Source: an uncultured Acidobacteriota bacterium (GTDB lineage: Bacteria > Acidobacteriota > Vicinamibacteria > Fen-336). Taken from it: a stretch of DNA of 64,000 nt. Position 1 is the first letter of the stretch. Every line of letters starts with the position of its first letter. The stretch covers positions 9,038 through 73,037 of the forward strand of contig CAZNNH010000003.1 in NCBI GenBank assembly GCA_964574335.1, written 5' to 3'. Of the stretch, positions 57,899-64,000 are shown one piece after another. The notes below the pieces were generated by a model, which was given only the letters and a program-made list of their open reading frames with translations, had not been told where the DNA came from and searched no databases. The translations under genes and the position numbers were made by a program.

Positions 57899-58011
57899 AC
57901 GGAGAAGCCCACCAGGGCGTCGCACGCCGAAACCCGCGGGAGCAGATCGTCGGCCTTGCCACCGCCCAGAACGCGGTATCATCGCCGCGCCGGTCGCCAT
58001 CCACGGTTCGC

Positions 58012-59451
58012 ATGCCCGACACGCCCAAGCCGACGGCCGCAGACGAGGCCCGGACGCTCCCCCCCGACGAGGGCACGGCTTCCGCGCCAGCACCACGGCA
58101 GGTGCGGTGCTCGACCGACTCGTCCCTGCAGGAGACCCTCCACATCGAGCTGCCGTCCCAAGCGGCGGCGCAAAGGCCCGAAGCGCCCGAGGCCCCCGGG
58201 ACCCAGCGGGAGCGCTACCAGGAACTGGGCGAGATCGGCCGTGGCGGCATGGGCACCGTCCACCGTACCCTCGACAGCCTGCTGCTGCGCGAGATCGCGA
58301 TGAAGACCATCGAGCGTCCGTTGGCGGACGCAGCCAGCGTGGTCCGCTTCGTCGAGGAGGCCCAGATCACGGGGCAGCTCGACCACCCCAACATCGTCCC
58401 GGTCTACGACTTCGGCGCCCAACCCAACGGCCAGGCCTTCTTCACCATGAAGCTGGTCAGCGGGCGCACCCTCGGCGAGCTGATCACCGATCTCCACGAT
58501 CAGGGCGTGCCGAGCGACGGCCTCGAGCGGCTGCTGCGAATGATCCTCAAGGTCTGCGAGGCGGTCTCCTTCGCGCACAGCCGGGGGGTCGTCCACCGCG
58601 ACCTGAAGCCGGCCAACATCATGATCGGGAGCCACGGCCAGGTCTACGTGATGGACTGGGGGCTGGGCCTGCTCCTCGGCGCCAGCCCGCGCGCCGAGCC
58701 GAGCGGAGGGCCGCCGGCTGACTCGATCCGGACCTCGAGCGCCCGTCGCTCGGGCCCCTCCCTGGCCGGCACGGTCGGCTACATGGCGCCGGAGCAGGCC
58801 CTGGGGCGCCTGGCCGAGATCTCTCCCCGCACCGACGTCTTCGCGATCGGGGCCATCCTCTACGAGGTGCTGACCGGGCGGCCCCCGTACCAGGCCGACG
58901 ACATCCACCAGGCGCTGATGCTGGCGCGATCGGGTCAGATCGTGCCGCCCGACCAGGCGGCCGAGGGCCGGCAGCTCCCCCCCGGTCTGTGCGAGATCAC
59001 GATGCGGGCACTGCAGCCCGCCCAGCAGGACCGCTATTCGTCGGTCGACCACCTGGGTGCCGACCTGGAGGGCTTCCTGCGTGGCGGCGGCTGGTTCGCC
59101 ACCCGACGTTTCCGCTCCGGCGAGGTGGTGATCGAGGAGGGCGGCCCGGGGGACGCCGCCTACGTGGTCGTCGAGGGTCGCCTGGAGGTGTTCCAGCAGC
59201 GCGCCGAGGGACGCAGCGCGATCCGGACCTTGGGGCCGGGAGACGTGTTCGGCGAGGCCGCGCTGTTGAGCTCCAAGCCCCGCACCGCCAGCGTGGCCGC
59301 CCTCGACGACGTCACCGTCAAGGTGATCACGGCCGAGGCGTTCGAGCGCGAGCTGGGCCGCAGCTCTTGGCTGTCGGCCCTGGTCAAGCAGCTCACCGCG
59401 CGTTTCCTGGAGCTCGAGGGCCGGCTGGCCGCGACCGAAGCCTCCCGGTAG
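58012..59451 (+). CDS. Ser/Thr protein kinase fused to a C-terminal cyclic-nucleotide-binding (CAP effector) domain
   Basis: Kinase subdomains: 'LGEIGRGGMGTVHR' (Gly-loop), 'AMK', 'HRDLKPANIM' (catalytic loop), 'DWGLG' (DFG-like) and 'GTVGYMAPE'. The C-terminal cNMP-binding domain is 'FRSGEVVIEEGGPGDAAYVVVEGRLEVF...GPGDVFGEAALLSSKPRTASVAALDDV' with the FGE and RTA motifs. Confidence 0.85.
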   Translation: MPDTPKPTAADEARTLPPDEGTASAPAPRQVRCSTDSSLQETLHIELPSQAAAQRPEAPEAPGTQRERYQELGEIGRGGMGTVHRTLDSLLLREIAMKTIERPLADAASVVRFVEEAQITGQLDHPNIVPVYDFGAQPNGQAFFTMKLVSGRTLGELITDLHDQGVPSDGLERLLRMILKVCEAVSFAHSRGVVHRDLKPANIMIGSHGQVYVMDWGLGLLLGASPRAEPSGGPPADSIRTSSARRSGPSLAGTVGYMAPEQALGRLAEISPRTDVFAIGAILYEVLTGRPPYQADDIHQALMLARSGQIVPPDQAAEGRQLPPGLCEITMRALQPAQQDRYSSVDHLGADLEGFLRGGGWFATRRFRSGEVVIEEGGPGDAAYVVVEGRLEVFQQRAEGRSAIRTLGPGDVFGEAALLSSKPRTASVAALDDVTVKVITAEAFERELGRSSWLSALVKQLTARFLELEGRLAATEASR

Positions 59452-59457
59452 CGCCCG

Positions 59458-60891
59458 TCAGTAGCCGTGCTCGAGGCGGCGGCAGGCGGGCTGGTGGCCC
59501 GCCTGGCAGGCCTTCTGGTAGAGAGCCTTGACCCTCTCCGGGTCCCGCTGCATCGCGGTGCTGGTCTCGATCAACTGCCCGAGCGCGTAGCACCCCTCCG
59601 CGACGCCCAGGTCGCAGGCCTTGCCGTAGAGCTCCGCCGCCCGGCCCACGTCCCTGACCACCGAGCTCCCCTTCTCGAGCCGCCCGGCCATCCGGTAGCA
59701 GGCCAAAGCCGCTCCCTGGTCGCACGCCTTCTGGTAGAGGGTCATGGACTTCGGCATGTCTCGGGCCACCCCCACCGCGGTCTCGTACATGTAGGCGAGC
59801 TGGGCGCAGGCTTCCACCGCACCCGCCGCGCACGACTGGTCGAAGAGCTTGGCCGAGCGGGCCAGGTCCTTGGGCAGGTACTTGCCCTCCAGGTACAACC
59901 GCGCCAGGGCCAGGCAGCCCTGCGCGTCGTCGGCCGAGCAAGCCTTGCGCTCCAGGTTGGCGCCCTTGGCCAGGTCCTGGGTCGAGCGGGGCCGCGCCAG
60001 GAGCTGTCGTGCCAGCTCGTGGCAGGCCCGGGCCACCTCCCCGTCGCAGGCACGGGTGAGCAGCTCGGTGGACCTCTCGCGGTTGCGGGTGGTCCCCACC
60101 CCGTCGCGAAGCATCAGGCCCAGCCGGAAGCAGGAGCGCCATTCCTGCGCCTCGCACGCCTTCGAGTGGAGCGTGAGGGCGTGAGCCAGGTCCTTCGGGA
60201 CGCCGTCCCCCTGCTCGTAGGCCACGCCGAGGTGATAGCACCCGTCCGTGACCTGTGCCTGGCAGACCCGGTCCGCCAGCTCCGCAGCCCGCTTCCGATC
60301 CCCCGCCGGCCGCCCCGGCGTCCTCAGCATCTCGGCGAGCTCGGCACACGAGGCCATGTGGCCACCCTCGCAGCCCTGCCCGAAGAGCCGCTCGGCCCGA
60401 GCCAGGTCCCGAGGGAACGGGGCTCCGTCCCGGTAGAGCTCGCCGAGGGCGCCGCAGCCGCCGGCGGTCCCGGCCTCGCACCCCTTCACGAACAGCTCCG
60501 CCGCCTGCCCGAGGTTCAGGGGGACGCCCTCTCCGGCGCGGTAGGCGGCACCGAGCCGCACGCATCCCTCGCCGCTGCCCGCCGTGCAGGCCCGCCCCAG
60601 GTACTCGAGGGCGCTGTCGACGCTGACCTTGACGCCCTCGCCCTTCCGGTGCATGCCGGCCAGCTCGAGGCAGGACTGGGCGTCGCGCAGGTTGCAGCCC
60701 TTCTCGAAGTACTTGGCCGCCTTCCCCGCATCCTGAGCCACGCCGGCTCCGGTCCGGTACATCCCGGCGGCACGGTAGCAGTCGGCGGCGCTCCCCTTGT
60801 CGCAGCTCTTCTTGGTGGTCTCGAAGTCCGCGCCGCCGGCGGTGCCGGCCAGCAGCAAGGACGCCCCGATCAAAGCCGCCGCGTGTCGCAT
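59458..60891 (-). CDS. Secreted Sel1-like (SLR) repeat protein, Cys-rich
   Basis: Signal peptide followed by about 12 tandem 36-aa Sel1 repeats. Each carries a conserved Cys pair ('C..AA.LYR.G.GV..D...A..LY.KAC', the Hcp/HcpA-like pattern). Confidence 0.8.
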   Translation of the reverse strand: MRHAAALIGASLLLAGTAGGADFETTKKSCDKGSAADCYRAAGMYRTGAGVAQDAGKAAKYFEKGCNLRDAQSCLELAGMHRKGEGVKVSVDSALEYLGRACTAGSGEGCVRLGAAYRAGEGVPLNLGQAAELFVKGCEAGTAGGCGALGELYRDGAPFPRDLARAERLFGQGCEGGHMASCAELAEMLRTPGRPAGDRKRAAELADRVCQAQVTDGCYHLGVAYEQGDGVPKDLAHALTLHSKACEAQEWRSCFRLGLMLRDGVGTTRNRERSTELLTRACDGEVARACHELARQLLARPRSTQDLAKGANLERKACSADDAQGCLALARLYLEGKYLPKDLARSAKLFDQSCAAGAVEACAQLAYMYETAVGVARDMPKSMTLYQKACDQGAALACYRMAGRLEKGSSVVRDVGRAAELYGKACDLGVAEGCYALGQLIETSTAMQRDPERVKALYQKACQAGHQPACRRLEHGY

Positions 60892-60946
60892 GCTCCCCTC
60901 CCTGCCTCGCCCCCCCGAGTCGGGCCGGGTCGGCTGGACGCTGCGC

Positions 60947-62815
60947 TCAGCTCTCTTGCCGAGGCAGTGCCCGAAGGTGGCTCTCGATCTCCGGTGAGAT
61001 CGAGGTGAAGCGGACCACCAGCACCCGGCCGTCCTCGCCCCGGACCTCCGTCACCTTGGCATACAGGTCGCCCGCGACCGGCGCTCCATCCTCACCCTTC
61101 AGCTCCAGCTTCAGGTTGCTGAGGGGGGGCAGCGAGCTCTCCGAGAGGATCTCGGCACCGATCTCCGAGAGCTTCGAAAGCCGCGCCGAGAACCACTCGT
61201 CGCCGACCTGCTTGCCCTCCAGGATCCAGAAGCCCATCTCCGCCGGGCGGCTCAGCGCCTGCAGATGGTCCTGCCGCTCGGGCAGGAACACATCGTACGA
61301 GCCGCCGATGCCCTTCAGGTCGTAGACGGTGACCGGCTCGCGGGCCCCCTTCGCCTTCACCGACAGCCTGTCGCCGACCTGCACCGCGTCGCCCGTCCGC
61401 TGCCGCGTCGCCTCGGAGATCAGGATCTGCCCGCCCACCGTGTAGGACTCGATGCGGCCGGTGAGGTTGACCGGCGGGCCCACGATCCCGTACTTGGTGC
61501 GCCGCTGGGACCCGATATTGCCCACCACCACCTCGCCGGTGTGGATGGCGATCCCCATCTCGATGCGCGGCAGCCCCTCGCTCTCGTTGCGGGCGTTGAC
61601 CTCCGCCATGGCGAGCTGCATCTCCACCGCGCACGCTACCGCGCGCCGGGCGTCGTCCTCACGGGAGAAGGGAGCCCCGAAGATGGTCAGGATCGCGTCG
61701 CCGATGAACTCGTCGATGGTCCCCTGGTGACGCATGATGATGTCGGTCATGTCCCCGAGGTAGCGGTTGAGCATCCGGACCACCTGCTCCGGGCCCAGCC
61801 GCTCCGACACCGAGGTGAAGGCCCGCAGGTCCGACATCATGATGGTGACGGTCTTCTTCTCCCCGCCCAGCTTCAGCCCCTCCGGCGACTCCAGCAGGCT
61901 CTCCACCACCTCGTCGCTGAGGTAGCGACCGAAGATGCTCCGGATGAATCTGTTGCGAACCTCGAGGTCCTCGGCCAGGCGCTGGATCTCGTCCTTCTGC
62001 CGCTTGAGCACCAACTGGGTCTGGACCCGGGCCATCACCACCGGGAAGTCCAGGGGCTTGGTGACGTAGTCGTTGGCGCCGAGCTTCAGGGCCTCGACGA
62101 TGTCCTCGCTCTGGTCTTTGGCGGTGGCCATGATCACCGGCAGGTCGGCCATGGCGTAGGTCCGGCGCAGCGTCTCCAGCACCTCCAGGCCGCTCATCCC
62201 GGGCATCATCACGTCGAGCAGCACCAGGTCGTAGCGGCTGCCGCTGATCTTCAGCAGCGCCTGCGCCCCGTCTTCTGCTACCTCCACCTCGAAGCCGCGC
62301 TGGGTCAGCCGGCGCGAGAGCATGTCCCGGTTCATCTCGTTGTCATCGACGACCAGGAGCGGCCCGCCCTCCCCCGCCGTGGCGGGCGTCCGCCGGGCCA
62401 GGTCCAGCTCCCCCGACGGGGCGTCCGGGCTCGCCGGCGGGGCGGCGGCCGGCTCCGAGCCGGCGGCGGGCGGCGGGGCCTCCGGGACGGCGGCGGGCGT
62501 CGGAGCAGCGGCCGGTGACGCGGCCTCGGCGGCGGGCGTCGGAGACGCGCCGGTTCCGGCCTCTGCACCCTGCGCCGCAGCAGCCTGGGCGGCGGCCGCC
62601 GGAGACAGGTACTTGTCGATCAGCTCGAGCTGCCGTCGCGCCGCCTGCTGGATCTTCTTCAGGTCCGAGGCGAGGTCCTCCCGACCCTCCTCATCGGCGA
62701 TCTCCTCGAGCAGCTCGCTGTAGCCGATGATCTGGTTGACCGGCGTGCGCAGGTCGTGGCGCGCCTGCGAGAACGGGTCGGCGGGCTTTCTGCTCTTGGC
62801 GCTCTCGTCGCTCAT
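60947..62815 (-). CDS. Multidomain signalling protein: HisKA-like phosphoacceptor (DHp) domain, Ala/Pro-rich linker, REC receiver, class III adenylate/guanylate cyclase catalytic domain, and a C-terminal domain of about 130 aa
   Basis: H-box 'FSQARHDLRTPVNQIIGYSELL' with no downstream HATPase_c. REC domain 'LLVVDDNEMNRDML...DLVLLDVMMPGMSG...YVTKP'. Cyclase domain 'VTIMMSDLRAFTSV...GTIDEFIGDAILTIFGAP...HTGEVVVGNIGS...VGPPVNLTGR'. The start is taken at MSDESAKS (62815). Confidence 0.8.
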   Translation of the reverse strand: MSDESAKSRKPADPFSQARHDLRTPVNQIIGYSELLEEIADEEGREDLASDLKKIQQAARRQLELIDKYLSPAAAAQAAAAQGAEAGTGASPTPAAEAASPAAAPTPAAVPEAPPPAAGSEPAAAPPASPDAPSGELDLARRTPATAGEGGPLLVVDDNEMNRDMLSRRLTQRGFEVEVAEDGAQALLKISGSRYDLVLLDVMMPGMSGLEVLETLRRTYAMADLPVIMATAKDQSEDIVEALKLGANDYVTKPLDFPVVMARVQTQLVLKRQKDEIQRLAEDLEVRNRFIRSIFGRYLSDEVVESLLESPEGLKLGGEKKTVTIMMSDLRAFTSVSERLGPEQVVRMLNRYLGDMTDIIMRHQGTIDEFIGDAILTIFGAPFSREDDARRAVACAVEMQLAMAEVNARNESEGLPRIEMGIAIHTGEVVVGNIGSQRRTKYGIVGPPVNLTGRIESYTVGGQILISEATRQRTGDAVQVGDRLSVKAKGAREPVTVYDLKGIGGSYDVFLPERQDHLQALSRPAEMGFWILEGKQVGDEWFSARLSKLSEIGAEILSESSLPPLSNLKLELKGEDGAPVAGDLYAKVTEVRGEDGRVLVVRFTSISPEIESHLRALPRQES

Positions 62816-63780
62816 GGTGTCGATCGAAGCTGCAGCACGAAGGCCTTCCGCCGGGCATCCCACAGGTAGGTCCGCCCCTCGGTGGCCACGTGGAAGTTGG
62901 TGACCCCCCGCCCGTGGCGGCGCGAGGCGGCCCGGATCTGGGGATCGGTCAGGGTCGGGCCGTGGTGCCCGGCCAGGATCAGGGTATCGGGGCGGTCCTT
63001 CGCCAGATGGGCGGCGTGCTCCTGAGACCCGTGGCCGTATCGGTGGTCGCGGATGTCCGGGAAATGGGCGTCGAGGAGAGCCAGGTGGGCGCCCTCCAGG
63101 AGGCGGGCCTCGGACCGGGCGGTCTTGGCGGTCGGCTCGTGATCACACATGTAGACCACGGTCGGGCCGCTCTTCGAGCTCAGACGGTAGCCGACCGTGT
63201 CCAGGAGCTGAATGCCCTCGCCCTCGCCGCTGTAGTGGTTGAGGGGGCCGGTGCGCACAGTCCACCCGCTGATTCGACGGCGCTGGCCGGACCCGACGGT
63301 CCGATACTCGAGGTGGGCCAGGGTGCCGGCCGACAGCAGGCCGAGGGGGACGTAGGATGGGTGGCCGTAGCCCGAGAGGATGGCGCCAAGGGCCTCGGCC
63401 GGCGCCGAGATACAGACCTCGAGCCCGTTCCCCTTGTCCCAGAACCAGTCGGCGTCCTTCAGCCCCTCCCAGTGGTCCATGTGGGCATGGGTGATCAGGA
63501 CGTGCAGCCGCTTGACCTCCTGGAACCGCCCCTGGCTGCCAAGGGCGTGGGAGAGCAACGCCAGCCCGCGGCCGGCGTCGAAGACGAACAGATCCTGGCC
63601 GCAAAGGACCGAATAGCACGAGGTGGCGTTGCCGACGTTGGAGCGCCGGGGGAACAGGCTGCGGGAGCCGCGACAACCCCAGACGTCGAAGTGAATGGGC
63701 GGCCACGAGCCGTCCTGCACGCTCTGCTTGCGCGCCTTCCCGTACCCGGCCGTCTCGAAGACCGCTCTCGCTGTCGCCAT
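62812..63780 (-). CDS. MBL-fold metallo-hydrolase (candidate class II-type cyclic-nucleotide phosphodiesterase)
   Basis: 'VLITHAHMDHWEGL' (the HxHxDH metal-binding motif), further His/Asp ligands (YMCDHEP, LAGHHGP). 4-nt overlap with the upstream cyclase gene. Confidence 0.75.
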   Translation of the reverse strand: MATARAVFETAGYGKARKQSVQDGSWPPIHFDVWGCRGSRSLFPRRSNVGNATSCYSVLCGQDLFVFDAGRGLALLSHALGSQGRFQEVKRLHVLITHAHMDHWEGLKDADWFWDKGNGLEVCISAPAEALGAILSGYGHPSYVPLGLLSAGTLAHLEYRTVGSGQRRRISGWTVRTGPLNHYSGEGEGIQLLDTVGYRLSSKSGPTVVYMCDHEPTAKTARSEARLLEGAHLALLDAHFPDIRDHRYGHGSQEHAAHLAKDRPDTLILAGHHGPTLTDPQIRAASRRHGRGVTNFHVATEGRTYLWDARRKAFVLQLRSTP

Positions 63781-63900
63781 CCTAAGGGAACGCCTCCACC
63801 GCCCGGAGCCCCCCAGCCCGAGGAGATCGACCGCCCTGCGCGGCGGCGGATCGCGCCATCCTATCAGACCTGATACCCGCTCGTGGGGATCGGGCCGGGC

Positions 63901-64000
63901 TCACACCCGCGAGAGGAAGCTCTCGATGGCGGGGCAGAAGCGCTCCATGTCCACCAGGAACGAGTCGTGGCCCTGCAGCGACGGAAGCACCGAGAACTCC
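63901..64000 (-). CDS. 3' end of a gene running off the window edge, possibly the C-terminus of an alpha/beta-hydrolase (homoserine O-acetyltransferase-like)
   Basis: The minus-strand frame reads '...EFSVLPSLQGHDSFLVDMERFCPAIESFLSRV*' with its stop at 63901-63903. 'GHDSFL...F...FL' resembles the C-terminal motif of MetX-type acyltransferases. Only 33 aa are visible. Confidence 0.3.
   Translation of the reverse strand, partial: EFSVLPSLQGHDSFLVDMERFCPAIESFLSRV

Noticed and set aside
57485-58096. A 203-aa ORF upstream of the kinase gene
   Set aside because: It is out-of-frame junk overlapping the 2-hydroxyacid dehydrogenase remnant and the kinase 5' region. It has no domain similarity.

Overview
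This 64 kb window is a very GC-rich (about 70%) bacterial chromosomal segment. Coding is dense on both strands, and GC3 is so high that most of the long six-frame ORFs are spurious. I found no rRNA, CRISPR array, transposase or integrase. I called about 60 protein genes, three tRNAs and two decayed gene remnants.

The housekeeping core is: ispG (5' partial), gmd, an NtrC-type sigma-54 regulator, an S41 C-terminal processing protease, yraN, cysS (beside a divergent tRNA-Cys and tRNA-Gly pair), ribF, a ComEC/Rec2 competence channel, rlmD, coaX and birA, a split methylmalonyl-CoA mutase, gatCA, thiL, a CbpA-like DnaJ protein, and a PSMA-like M28 peptidase.

Three regions stand out:
- **Glycosylation locus, 26.2-40.8 kb.** It carries three GT1 genes, a hexapeptide acetyltransferase, a CE4 deacetylase, an SDR epimerase, a UPF0104 flippase-like membrane protein, and a GT2 polyprenol-phosphate sugar synthase next to a large GT-C-like membrane protein. 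A stand-alone Lon N-domain protein and an output-less Cache-like sensor sit inside it. Many gene pairs overlap by 4 nt.
- **Accessory region downstream of a tRNA-Glu, 48.2-57.9 kb.** It holds a RelE/ParE-like plus AbrB-type toxin-antitoxin pair with a perfect 12-bp palindromic operator, and an orphan duplicated FtsX permease (ADOP family, typical of Acidobacteria and Gemmatimonadota). It also holds a vapBC module with a recognisable promoter and operator, and two pseudogene remnants (gluconolactonase and a D-2-hydroxyacid dehydrogenase).
- **Compact cyclic-nucleotide signalling module, 58.0-63.8 kb.** It comprises a Ser/Thr kinase fused to a cNMP-binding domain, a Cys-rich Sel1-repeat protein, a HisKA(H-box)-REC-class III cyclase fusion, and an MBL-fold hydrolase that is a candidate phosphodiesterase.

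Other items of note are an alternating-orientation array of about 25-bp repeats at 20.36-20.49 kb, a RomR-like response regulator with a 350-aa Pro/Ala/Glu-rich linker, and a DUF4388-TPR-DUF1844 neighbourhood beside comEC. All calls rest on reading the translated ORFs and the sequence itself. No database search was possible.
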